DNA from: Verrucomicrobiia bacterium
Lineage (GTDB): Bacteria; Verrucomicrobiota; Verrucomicrobiia; Limisphaerales; UBA1319
DNA: 64,000 nucleotides
Assembly: GCA_963664225.1 (NCBI GenBank)
Contig: OY760937.1
Location: 2,080,001-2,144,000, forward strand
Direction of reading: 5' to 3'
This document shows positions 20,350-30,400 of the stretch, in pieces (within the stretch, counting starts at the first letter, position 1; the number at the start of each line of letters is the position of its first letter). A program made the position numbers and the translations under genes. Below the pieces are notes generated by a model. It was not told where the DNA came from. It searched no databases and worked only from the letters and a program-made list of their open reading frames with translations.

Positions 20350-21834
20350 ATGAGCCCCATTCCATCCAAAGTCACCCGGATCGCCTCGCTGAAAACGGTC
20401 GGGGATTTTCGTCAGCACCTCGCATCGCTGGGTCTGGATTTGCCGTGTGATGAAACGATTCTGACGCGGGACACTTCTCCATTGGCTAAGCCGCTGCCGC
20501 AAACTCCGATCAACGGAAAAATAATCTCCAACAGGATCGCCATTCAGCCCATGGAGGGCTGGGACGGTTTGATCGACGGGGTGCTATCTGAAGAAGTTCA
20601 ACGGCGCTGGAGGCATTTTGGGGAAAGCGGCGCGGGTTTGATTTTTGGAGGCGAAGCCATGGCGGTGCGGCCCGATGGACGCGCCAATCCGTATCAGCTC
20701 CTTTGCACGCAGGACCAGATTGGCAACCTGGCGCGACTGCGCGAACAACTGGCGGAGGCCCACCGCGCCCGGTATGGGAGCGCGGAATCTCTGGTGATTG
20801 GCTTTCAACTCACGCATTCGGGGCGGTTCGCCAAACCCAACGACTCCTTCCGAGCGGAGCCCCGTATCGCCTACCGGCATCCGCTGCTCGACCAGCGCGT
20901 CGGCATAACCAGTAACGCGGCGGTGTTATCGGATGCTGAAATGGACGCGTTGATGGGCGACTACGCCGAGGCTGCCGCGGTGGCTGAGGAAGCTGGTGCT
21001 GATTTTGTCGATATCAAGCACTGCCATGGTTACCTGTTGCATGAATTTCTGAGCGCCTTCAATCGTCCGGGCAAGTACGGCGGATCCTTTGAAAACCGGA
21101 CGCGGCCCCTGCGCGAAATCGTAAGCGCCATTCGCGCGCGGGGAGTGAAGATCGATCTGGCGGTGCGCTTGAGCGCGTTTGATCTGATCCCGTTCCATCC
21201 CGATCCCTCCCTTTCGCAACCCGGGCGTCCCGGTCCGGGGATTCCAGTAGATTACTCCCGACTGGTGCCCTATCGTTGGGCGTTTGGCGTGAATCCGAGT
21301 AACCCTCTTGAATACGACTTGAGCGAGCCGCTGAAGTTCGTGGAACTCTGCGGCGCGCTGGGGGTGAAGTTGCTCAATGTGAGCGGTGGTTCGCCCTATT
21401 ACAACCCGCACGTTCAGCGGCCTGCGGCCTATCCGCCCTCCGATGGCTATCAACCGCCCAACGATCCGTTGATCGATGTCGCCCGCCAGCTTGAGGTGAC
21501 ACGCCGCATCAAGTCGGGCGCGCCCAATGGGATGATCGTCATTGGCTCCTGTTACAGCTATTTACAGGAATACCTGCCGCATGTGGCGCAGGCGGTGATT
21601 CGGGCTGGATGGACCGACATGGTGGGCATGGGCCGCGCCGTGCTCAGTTACCCCACGATGCTTGCGGATGCCTTGGGAGTTGGGACGCTGAATGCGAAGG
21701 CGATCTGCCGCACTTTCAGCGACTGCACGACCGCGCCAAGACATGGAATGAAGAGCGGATGCTATCCCCTGGATCCGTTTTATGCGGCACGGCAGGACTT
21801 CAAGGATTGGAAGAAACTCGGACGAAGGAAATGA
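20350..21834 (+). CDS. NADH:flavin oxidoreductase (Old Yellow Enzyme family)
   Basis: QPMEG, QLTHSGR, KHCHGYLLHEFLS, YGGSFENR. Confidence 0.9.
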   Translation: MSPIPSKVTRIASLKTVGDFRQHLASLGLDLPCDETILTRDTSPLAKPLPQTPINGKIISNRIAIQPMEGWDGLIDGVLSEEVQRRWRHFGESGAGLIFGGEAMAVRPDGRANPYQLLCTQDQIGNLARLREQLAEAHRARYGSAESLVIGFQLTHSGRFAKPNDSFRAEPRIAYRHPLLDQRVGITSNAAVLSDAEMDALMGDYAEAAAVAEEAGADFVDIKHCHGYLLHEFLSAFNRPGKYGGSFENRTRPLREIVSAIRARGVKIDLAVRLSAFDLIPFHPDPSLSQPGRPGPGIPVDYSRLVPYRWAFGVNPSNPLEYDLSEPLKFVELCGALGVKLLNVSGGSPYYNPHVQRPAAYPPSDGYQPPNDPLIDVARQLEVTRRIKSGAPNGMIVIGSCYSYLQEYLPHVAQAVIRAGWTDMVGMGRAVLSYPTMLADALGVGTLNAKAICRTFSDCTTAPRHGMKSGCYPLDPFYAARQDFKDWKKLGRRK

Positions 21835-21840
21835 CCACGC

Positions 21841-22317
21841 CTACGGCTTTGCCGGCGTCAGAGGTGTCATTGGCGTTAACGGCGCATTGGTGCGGCCAGG
21901 CGATTGGCCACGCTTGTTTTCAGCGGGACGATCCTTGCGCTCGGCGCGGCCATGGATCAATTCCTCGAAAACCTTCTTCTGATCGTCGTTAAGCTGGGCT
22001 AGTATCCGCTGGTTGGTGGCCTTGTATTCTTCACGAGCCTCCGGAGCGACGCGGCTCCAGATGGCCTTCATGCGGTTCTGGCTGTCGCTCAGGATTTGCT
22101 CTATTTCCTGATGCTGCGCGGGGGTCAGGGCAATGTGCCGTTCAAGACGTTTCAGGAGGTCGGCGCGCTGGTTCCAGCCGGGTCCGGAATTCATGGTGGC
22201 TTTAAACATGCGGGCGCGATGGTGATCCTCGTAGATCTTGACGGCCAGACCTCCACTGACCGCGCCGGTGCAAAAAAGCACCACAGCCGCGAGGATGGTC
22301 ATCCAGATTTTCACCAA
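21841..22317 (-). CDS. Membrane-anchored periplasmic Spy/CpxP-like protein
   Basis: N-terminal hydrophobic segment; LTPAQ and LNDDQKKVF repeats; third gene of the ECF module. Confidence 0.65.
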   Translation of the reverse strand: MVKIWMTILAAVVLFCTGAVSGGLAVKIYEDHHRARMFKATMNSGPGWNQRADLLKRLERHIALTPAQHQEIEQILSDSQNRMKAIWSRVAPEAREEYKATNQRILAQLNDDQKKVFEELIHGRAERKDRPAENKRGQSPGRTNAPLTPMTPLTPAKP

Positions 22318-22613
22318 CCCTCCCCTCCCTGATCGATCGCGGCGAGCATCGTGTCTTCGATGTCATTTTGCAGCGCCGCATGGGTGGAGTTTGAGGACGA
22401 ATAAAGGCTGAAACCTCCCAGCAAGAGGGTCAAGGCCAGGCAGGGCACTGCGGCGCGCCAGAACTGCCGCGACCATAAGCCCCACATATCGAGAGGCGCC
22501 GCATTAGCCAGGCGCGCCATGATCCGTTTTTCAAAGGCGTAAGGCACAGTCTCGCCGGGGCTGGAAGCCCTGGCGGCGGCCATTAATTTATTTTCCAAAT
22601 CGCTAATGTTCAT
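22311..22613 (-). CDS. Putative single-TM anti-sigma factor
   Basis: 100 aa, PYAFEKRIMARL followed by one TM helix; directly downstream of the ECF sigma gene. Confidence 0.65.
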   Translation of the reverse strand: MNISDLENKLMAAARASSPGETVPYAFEKRIMARLANAAPLDMWGLWSRQFWRAAVPCLALTLLLGGFSLYSSSNSTHAALQNDIEDTMLAAIDQGGEGW

Positions 22614-22653
22614 ACGCGCTCCAACTAAACAGACGTCCTCTTCGAGGCACTGG

Positions 22654-23244
22654 TTACAGATTCGTTTGTTTGAGCAGTTTTTCCACGATTTTTCGCATTT
22701 CTCTTCGGGCCCGGAAGGCGCGGACCTTGACCAGTGGCACGGACCAGCCGGTGAGTTCGGCGATCTCCTTGACCGGGCGCTCCTCGATTTCGAGCAACGT
22801 CAGCACCAGACGGGCGGGCGCCGGGAGCATTGCCAGGGCGCGCTGAACCAATTCGCGGGCTCCGGTATCCTCCGGTTTGGCTTGCGCCGAGTCCTGAACG
22901 CATCGTTCGAGCCACGAATGCTCCTCCGTGGTCAATTCCGTCAGGATGGTTTCGCGGCTGCGTTGGTGGACTCGGAGGAAATCATAGCAGGTGCGCACGG
23001 CCAGTTTCATCAGCCAATGCTCGAATGGAGCCTCGCCCCGGTAACTGCTCAACCTCTGGAAAGCCTTGATAAAGACCTCCTGCACAATGTCTTCGACCTC
23101 GCTCTCCCTCCGGGCATAACGACGGGCCGTGCCAAAGATACGCGGCTGGTACTTGGCGATCAATGGCTCAAACGAAGCCGTATCGCCGTTGAGAACGGCG
23201 GCGATCAACACCGAATCCTGCTCCATGGCCGCCGGGTCTTGCAT
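22654..23244 (-). CDS. ECF RNA polymerase sigma factor
   Basis: EDIVQEVFIKAF, FEHWLMKLAVRTCYD, region 4 VKEIAELTGWSVPLVKVRAFRAR. Confidence 0.93.
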   Translation of the reverse strand: MQDPAAMEQDSVLIAAVLNGDTASFEPLIAKYQPRIFGTARRYARRESEVEDIVQEVFIKAFQRLSSYRGEAPFEHWLMKLAVRTCYDFLRVHQRSRETILTELTTEEHSWLERCVQDSAQAKPEDTGARELVQRALAMLPAPARLVLTLLEIEERPVKEIAELTGWSVPLVKVRAFRARREMRKIVEKLLKQTNL

Positions 23245-23270
23245 GTATTCTGATGCGCCGTTTATTTTAA

Positions 23271-25245
23271 GTAGAGTAGGCGAAATGGACGGATTGAATG
23301 GCCGTGGCCAATGACCGTCGCATTTCGCCCCTCATCGAACCGGACAGGCGGTTTTCCCGCATCCGGCTCTCCGGGGATCATACGTTGCATCGCTTCGACG
23401 TCATCGTTTCCATGCCGCATATTCCGGCATTTGGTATAAACCATAACGCTCATAGAGATCCTCCTTGGGGTATGTGGACCATTGCGCCCGACTACATCCG
23501 TGTTTGCGCCACAACCATCGTTGTAACTTGCTGCTGACGTATTCGTTCATCTGGCCCATCACCTTGGTGCTGTTCCCGTAGTGAAAGTAACCCTTCCAAC
23601 CTTTGAGTTTCTTGTTGAGCTCGGGAATCACCTCTCCGATATCACGCCATAGCGTGCTTCGGTTGAGTTTCTCCCGAATCCCGTCTCGAAACTTCTTCTG
23701 GCTCTTGGGATGGGGTTCCACATGCGGATATTTCCATTTCCCCTTCCCCTGTCGCATTGTTAGCGCGAATCCCAAGAATTTGATGCCATCCTGGCGGAGG
23801 TCCACCAAGCGGGTCTTCTTCTCGTTGAGCACTAACTCGCGTTGCTTCAGCCATCGTTCCAGTCGTTCCATCAGTTCCCGTCCCTGCCCCGGCTGTCCGA
23901 GTATCACGAAATCATCCGCGTATCTCACCATCACGGGTTTGAGTTCGCAGCGTTCGTTGACTTCCCAATCCAACTGGTTGAGGTATGCATTGGCTAAAAT
24001 CGGCGATACAACCCCGCCTTGCGGAGTCCCCCGTCGATTCTGACCTTGCCCCCCCTTTGTCCCGCCTTTCCCTGTGTCGCTTTGCGGTTCATTCACGGGC
24101 GCGCGCAGCCATCCTGCGATCAGCTTGAGAATTGTTCCATCGCTGACCCGCTTGGCCACTATGCGCAACAAACGCCTGTGGGGAATGCTGTCAAAATACC
24201 CGCTTAAGTCCGCGTCTATAACTTCGACGCGTCCTGTCAGCGTAGCCTTCTTGATCGCCTCCATTGCTTGGTGGGCATTGCGTTTGGGATGATAGGCGTA
24301 ACTGTTCGGATGACTATCGGCTTCCAGAATCGGCAGCAATACAATCACCACCGCTGTCTGCACCACCCGGTCTTTCACTGTCGGGATGCCCAGGGGTCGC
24401 AGCTTCCCGTCTCCTTTTGGTATATACACACGCTTCACCGGGCTTGGCCGATACTTCTTCGTGCGTAACTCCTCCAGCAGTTGGTTCCGCCATTGGTCCC
24501 AGGCTTCGTCGCTGGCAAGATAGACGTCGCATGTCTGCCCGTCGATCCCAGCCGCGCCATTGTTGTGCGCCACGGAGGCCATTGCCGTTTCCAGCACGTC
24601 CTTCCGCAGCAGTTCTCCGTAGAGGCTGTAAAACCGATACTTCGGCTCAGCCTTGGCTTTGCAATATAGCGCTCGCTGCAGCTTTTGAACTTTTATCGGG
24701 GTTGTTATCCGTTGAAAAAGTGTTTCCACTCCCTCAAGGCCATCTCCCTGTCCCTCGCTGTTTTGATTCGCTTCGATCCAAGTGCCTTCCCTTGGCTCCG
24801 CCGGGGTTTTGGTCGCCCCAGCTTCTTCGCTACTATGGAAGACTCCGACTTCTCTGGCTGCCCGTGCGGCCTCGGAGGGTGTTCCTCCTTGCACCGGCGG
24901 TTGAGGCTTTATCGCCCCGCCTCCAGAGATCTCCCAGCTTACCTTGGTTTCCCTTCCTGTCGTGTCGCCCTCGCTGACTCCGCCGGAATCAACAGCGCCC
25001 ATTTGACGATTTGATGACGCCGCGTTTCTGCCTTCGCCGTTCGGGTAGCGGCTCGGCTTACCGGTTATTTCGGTTTCGGAGCTCATTTGATGAGGTTTAC
25101 TTTCGTTACGACCCGACAGTTCTTTCAGCGTCCCGCTTGTGGTTCGGCCTCACGGCCTCGTCCCGGACGCTGCATTTCGGTCGTGAACCGTCTAATTCGA
25201 CCGGCGGGACTTTCACCCACGAGGCTACCAATTTCACTGGCGCAC
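23271..25245 (-). mobile_element. Complete group II intron (AGC catalytic triad, not class IIC)
   Basis: 5' end GTGCG at 25245; domain V GAGCCGGATGCGGGAAAACCGCCTGTCCGGTTCGATGAGGG; 3' end CCTACTCTAC at 23271; internal RT ORF; EBS1/EBS2 complementary to the 5' exon. Confidence 0.93.
23401..25086 (-). CDS. ltrA: Group II intron reverse transcriptase/maturase with no obvious endonuclease domain; true start probably downstream (about 24729)
   Basis: RPLGIPTVKDRVVQ, DADLSGYFD, GTPQGGVVSPILANAYL, RYADDF, X domain GWKGYF. Confidence 0.93.
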   Translation of the reverse strand: MSSETEITGKPSRYPNGEGRNAASSNRQMGAVDSGGVSEGDTTGRETKVSWEISGGGAIKPQPPVQGGTPSEAARAAREVGVFHSSEEAGATKTPAEPREGTWIEANQNSEGQGDGLEGVETLFQRITTPIKVQKLQRALYCKAKAEPKYRFYSLYGELLRKDVLETAMASVAHNNGAAGIDGQTCDVYLASDEAWDQWRNQLLEELRTKKYRPSPVKRVYIPKGDGKLRPLGIPTVKDRVVQTAVVIVLLPILEADSHPNSYAYHPKRNAHQAMEAIKKATLTGRVEVIDADLSGYFDSIPHRRLLRIVAKRVSDGTILKLIAGWLRAPVNEPQSDTGKGGTKGGQGQNRRGTPQGGVVSPILANAYLNQLDWEVNERCELKPVMVRYADDFVILGQPGQGRELMERLERWLKQRELVLNEKKTRLVDLRQDGIKFLGFALTMRQGKGKWKYPHVEPHPKSQKKFRDGIREKLNRSTLWRDIGEVIPELNKKLKGWKGYFHYGNSTKVMGQMNEYVSSKLQRWLWRKHGCSRAQWSTYPKEDLYERYGLYQMPEYAAWKR

Positions 25246-25410
25246 ACCCGAAATCCGAAATAGGAACGGCCCATCTGACGCAATCATTTGGCCATCCATG
25301 GTTTGAAACCGGCTGTGGAGTATTGATTTAATACACCTTCGCCGATTGCAAATCATGGCTGTCTCAAAGCATTGCATCGTCTTGACCATTCTTATTTCGG
25401 ATTTCGGGTT
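25246..25410. repeat. ~165-bp imperfect palindromic element (MITE/REP-like) with 21-bp terminal inverted repeats
   Basis: ACCCGAAATCCGAAATAGGAA (25246) vs TTCTTATTTCGGATTTCGGGT (25389-25409), 1 mismatch; interior arms also pair (GACGCAATCATTTG/CAAAGCATTGCATC, CCATGGTTTG/CAAATCATGG, GGAGTATT/AATACACC). Confidence 0.8.
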
Positions 25411-25609
25411 AAAACAAAAACAGGACGCATCCCGCCCTGAATTTATTCAGGATGAGGTCCTTATACTCCGATTGTGATCCGCAACCAATCCCATTGTCAC
25501 GGCATTCACCGTTTGTGCATTCAAGCAGATTAACACCGCTCTCGGTCAAAAGTATCGCCTGCGCCTGCCCCAAACCCGCATGCAGCCAACGCCTTCCGCA
25601 AAAACATTC

Positions 25610-27265
25610 TCAATGGGCTGCTCCCTCCAATAAATCAGCTTCAAGGTCTTTGCGTATCCCGGCGAAGATGGTTTCCGCGAGTTGCTGCCGTCCAGACTGA
25701 GTGAAATGGACCAAGTCGATATACTTCTCTGAGGAGCCATCGAGATTGGAATTCATATCGATAAAACCGACTTCCGGATGGGCCTTCACCATTTCATTGA
25801 CAATCAGCGAATGAACCCGGTTGGCACGGATTTCCCAACGCACGATTGGAAATCCCGCCTGATAAAAACTCACCATCTCCGGGCTGCTCTCCTGGTTGAC
25901 GGCCATTGAGAAATTGCCCAGCACAAGACGGATGCGATTGGTTCGGGCGGTTTGAATGAGTTGCTCGTAAGCCCGGGCGTATTCGGTATCCATAAAATTG
26001 GCCAGCAGAGGCGGAGCTTTCATTGCAGCCTTCGCCTTATAAAGGTCCATTTTGAGCCGATACTCCACTTGGGCCAGCAGGCGCAAGGGACGTGGTTTGA
26101 AGATGGGCGCTGGACGCTCGTCTTTTGAGTGCGGCAAACTTTTGGTGAGCATTTTGAACCCATTGTACCCATGATAGGAGAGGATCATGTCGGGCTTTAG
26201 CGGCAGGATTTCCCGGTCAAGACGATGGACATTCTGTTTTAAATTGTACGCGGGCACACCGGCATTAATGACTTCGACAGGCCGGGAGGGATGAATGCGT
26301 TCCCGGATCATCTGCTCGAGTAACTCCGGCCAGGGTTGGTCCTCTGGATTCAAGGTGCAGCCGAATGTCGTGGATTCCCCCAGTGCCACAATGCGATAAA
26401 CATTCCCCTTCTCGGCGAGTATCTCCGGTCCACGCATTCCAAGGCTGTTGATCGAGATGCGGCTGTGAAACAGGTATCCCTGGCTGCTGGGACGCAAGCG
26501 AAATGGCAGGATGCCTTCCGGATCCGGCATGAAAACATCCCGGGCCATGAGGTCCCATTGCTCCAGATAATGGCTCCACCAAAATGCGAATTTCGCAGGA
26601 TCTTTTTTGGCGTTCACGGGCGAAATAACCTTTTCCGTCGGGAGAGGCATCGCCGCGCGATCGACGCGAGGCGCTGGAATGAACAGATCGACCAAGGGCA
26701 GCGCAACAATGAATAAAATGAGGGTATGCAGGCCCAGCTTGAAGCTCATGGGCATTGGAAATTCAATCCGGACCAGAATGAGCCATGCGAGGAGGAACAA
26801 CAGCCCAAGGTGGAATGCAATGGATTCGTTTTGCAGCCAGGCCGCGCCGATCCATAGCACACCTCCGGCCAGTGACCAGACGGCAAACAGGAGTTTCCAA
26901 TGCCGCCCCAGCACCGTCCGCTGGTCGTCCCGGCAAGCCAGTCCAATGACCGCTGCGATGAGCCAGATCAGACAGGCGTAATAACCTTCCCAGAAGACTG
27001 CCTTTCCCCCGCTCAAGAGAAGACCGCCCGCAAGAACTGCTGTGCAGATCCACGCAAACGCCAATCCGCAGAGCCTGGCACGGCATCGGCGATTGGTTGG
27101 CATCAACTCGGGAATTGTTGCGGTCCCCAGCAATACACCCAACACGACCATGGTCCAGCCGGGCAGTTGCGCCAGCCAGGTCAGAGCGAGCGCGCCCCCG
27201 CCACATCCTGCCTGGATGAGCAGGCCTGGCAGTCTGATTCGATCATGGGTGTCACAGTTTTTCAA
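25610..27265 (-). CDS. Membrane-anchored SGNH/GDSL hydrolase
   Basis: Multi-TM N-terminus; IVALGESTTFG, VINAGVPAY, GYN, DLVH. Confidence 0.8.
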   Translation of the reverse strand: MKNCDTHDRIRLPGLLIQAGCGGGALALTWLAQLPGWTMVVLGVLLGTATIPELMPTNRRCRARLCGLAFAWICTAVLAGGLLLSGGKAVFWEGYYACLIWLIAAVIGLACRDDQRTVLGRHWKLLFAVWSLAGGVLWIGAAWLQNESIAFHLGLLFLLAWLILVRIEFPMPMSFKLGLHTLILFIVALPLVDLFIPAPRVDRAAMPLPTEKVISPVNAKKDPAKFAFWWSHYLEQWDLMARDVFMPDPEGILPFRLRPSSQGYLFHSRISINSLGMRGPEILAEKGNVYRIVALGESTTFGCTLNPEDQPWPELLEQMIRERIHPSRPVEVINAGVPAYNLKQNVHRLDREILPLKPDMILSYHGYNGFKMLTKSLPHSKDERPAPIFKPRPLRLLAQVEYRLKMDLYKAKAAMKAPPLLANFMDTEYARAYEQLIQTARTNRIRLVLGNFSMAVNQESSPEMVSFYQAGFPIVRWEIRANRVHSLIVNEMVKAHPEVGFIDMNSNLDGSSEKYIDLVHFTQSGRQQLAETIFAGIRKDLEADLLEGAAH

Positions 27266-27487
27266 AACGAGAACTTGGGCGGCGCGTTCCGGCGGGCCCC
27301 TGATAGGGCCAGTCGCGCGATTCTCTAGTTACTGTATGGGACGAAATGATGAACGGTCAATGTCTCAAAACCAACACGAAACAGTGCGGGCGTGGGGTAA
27401 ATTTTTGAAAGCAGATACGCACACGCAGCCTCAGGCAATCGAGTGAGCGTGCGCCGATCCATTCGCACTAAAACTATTAAACCGTTT

Positions 27488-30400
27488 TCAAAATCCTGAT
27501 GCCTTTTTCGCCGGTTTCAATTTGCTCCACGAATAGGGTTTCACACGAAGGGTCACCGGCGTCGTCTGGCCGCCACGGACTGTGGTGCGTGGACTTTCAC
27601 CATCAGAAACCATCAGCACATACTCCTGAGCTGCCATGTCCGTGAACTTGAACCGGCCATCGCCATCGGTTGTCGCCTGCAGACTATTGGAATTCTTCTT
27701 CGAATCGTACGGTGGCATTGCGGTGACCTGCGCATTCGGGATGGGGTCGCCGGTGGCCGCGTCCACCACAGCGCCCTCGAGCGACAGCCCTTTTTCCAGG
27801 CGAACCACGAGGGGAAGTTTGTTGAAATTGAACTTCTGATTCACCGGCTGGAATCCCGGCACATGCTCCACATTGACTTGATAGATTCCTGGCACGTTGG
27901 GATTGACGTGCTCAAATTTGAACCCGCCATCTCCGTCTGTTAATTGTCCCTGGTTACCAAAGGAACCTGAATAAATGGAAACGAGAGACAGTGAGACTCT
28001 CGCGTTCGGAACCGGCTGGTTTTTGTCATCCAGAACTCTGCCCCTGACCTCCTGCCCGGGTGGGAGCTTTATCGTGATTTCACGAATGGGCTGCGCCTCG
28101 GTCAATTCGATGGGGTTGCTCACCGCATACGTCTCCCTCCGGTGGGCGAGAATGACATATTGGCCTCGGAGCGGAAGCGGCTGCGCGGAAAATCGTGTGG
28201 GTCCGTCGTTGGATGACGAACTGTTTTTCGGTTCCACACCCAATGTACACTCGCTCTTCTTGAGCGGGGATTTTGCGGCTTCCAGGACCGATACCATTGT
28301 ATCGCTCGCTTCAGTTCCATCGTTTTCGACCACTTTGCCATAGATCACGCCGGATGGCACCGCGTCCGAAGTCAATTCATAGGGCGTGGCGCCTGCGGGC
28401 ACGGACATTACGATCACTTCAGTCCAATAACTGCCAATCGCCGTTGTCTGCAACGAAAAGCCTCCGGGAACGGGAACCGAAAAACGGGCCACACCATTGG
28501 TGAATGAATTCGTCCCGTTTTTTCCTTGGCGAGTCGCATCCGACCAATAATTAAAATTGAACGGCCCCGTGACAGCCGGGTGATCCTTCGGAACGCGCAT
28601 TCTCAAAACCACCTCACGCATGGGACCCGACTCAATCTTGCTTGAGGACGCTGTCTTTTCCAAATCGATGATGAAGTTTTCAATCGAGCTGGCGACCTCC
28701 AGGTTCGTGATGATGTTGCCAAATTTAAGCGCGATCGCACCCGGGATGACATTGGTAAACTCAAAGTAACCTACTCCATCCCGTATCTGAATGGGCGCCA
28801 CCCTTCCAAACGAGTGGGACATGCTGCGGTCCGATTGGATCGTAAAAGTGACCGATGCTTCTGGATTGTTCGATGACAATAACGACAGACCGCCAATAAT
28901 CCTGCCCTTGATGTCGATTTGCGGTTTCAAAGTCGCATTCAAGCTTTGTCCCGCCGTCACGTCGTGAACCACCAGGGGCGCAAAGCCGGCGGTTTCCAGG
29001 ACCAGTGTGTAAGTCGATGCCCTGTTGAGCGTATCCAACTGGAACCGGCCATCGCCGGTTGATGTGGCAAGAACAGGGGCGCTTTCCACGGAACCGTACC
29101 CCATCTGGAATTTGTTCTCGCGGGAGAAGAGATGCACCCTGACCCCTTCCACAGGTTTGCCAGTCTCAGCGGCAATGACGGTGCCGATGGTTGGTTTGGC
29201 GGTTGCGAGTTTCCAGACATAAGGATCTCCCGGTTTGAGACACGGCAGCTCGCGTTCGTCATACTCGCAGCCGTTGCGGGTGGCCTGGAAATACATCGTG
29301 TTTGTGGACAGATGATCGAACACCGCAATGCCATCCGGCCCTGTGGTTTTCACCCCATAGCTGCACCGGCTGGACCCGAGTACATATTGGTAGTCGATCT
29401 TCGCTCCGGCCAGTGGCCCGCCCTGTTCATCGACACATTTGATCCGCGCCGAATAGCCGGGACGCGCCACCGCTTTCAGGCCTTCGATTTTGCCGCCCGG
29501 CTTGCCTTCAATGGGCCCCAAAATAACCGGCGCACAATCGGGGAAGTTGAATGCCAGTTGGATTTTACCCGGTCGAATGCGAAACACAAACCGGCCATTC
29601 ACGGCCCTGGCTGCACTTGAAGTCGAATAGCCGGGACTTCCGCTAAAAACCTGCATATGGACTTCGTCTCCAAATGGCGTCCCGTTCTCGAACTCCACGG
29701 TTCCAGAAACCGAAACCATTTGATCCGGCGAAACCTCACCCGTGGACCGTTCCTGGGGGCCATAAACCTTCTGGATTTGCGTCATCTTCTCGATGCGTTG
29801 AGTGGGTGTCAGCAATTCCGCCGCATATCCCACCGCAAGGTGGGTTCCCTGGCATAATCCAATAAACAAGGCGCCCGATATCAACAACATTCCAACAAAG
29901 CTGTGCCAAGGCAATCGAACTGCCGGACGGTAATCGGACACAAGCAGCCGTTTCAACCGTTCCAGCGGTCCCGCCGGATGCCGTTCCGAGCCAAAGGCAG
30001 GTGCGAGTATCATAGAAATTTCCCGCTGCTTCCTTGCCCAGGCTTCCAAGGACCACGCATACGCCTCAGGCTTGCCCGTCACTTCCACAGCCAGACGGTC
30101 GCAGCACGCCTCCCGCTCAATGCGAATCTGCCGGTTGATCCACCACACTGCGGGATTGAAAAAAAGCGCGGCCTCCACGATCTGCTGCGCCAGATTCACC
30201 AGGTAATCGTGCCGCCGGATATGGGCCAGTTCATGAGCAATGATGGCCTCCAACTGTTCCACCGGCACTCCCAGCAGCAACGCGGGCGGCAGCAGTAATT
30301 TGGGGGCGATCACACCATAGATTGAGGGGCCGGCAATGTGCTCGCCGCTGAGGATGCGAATGGCCTGTTTCATGCCCATGATCCCCTGCAGGCGAGCCAG

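Noticed and set aside
25246..25420. Integron attC site
   Set aside because: The ends do not fit RYYYAAC/GTTRRRY, the terminal stem lacks an unpaired central spacer, and no integrase or cassette array is present.
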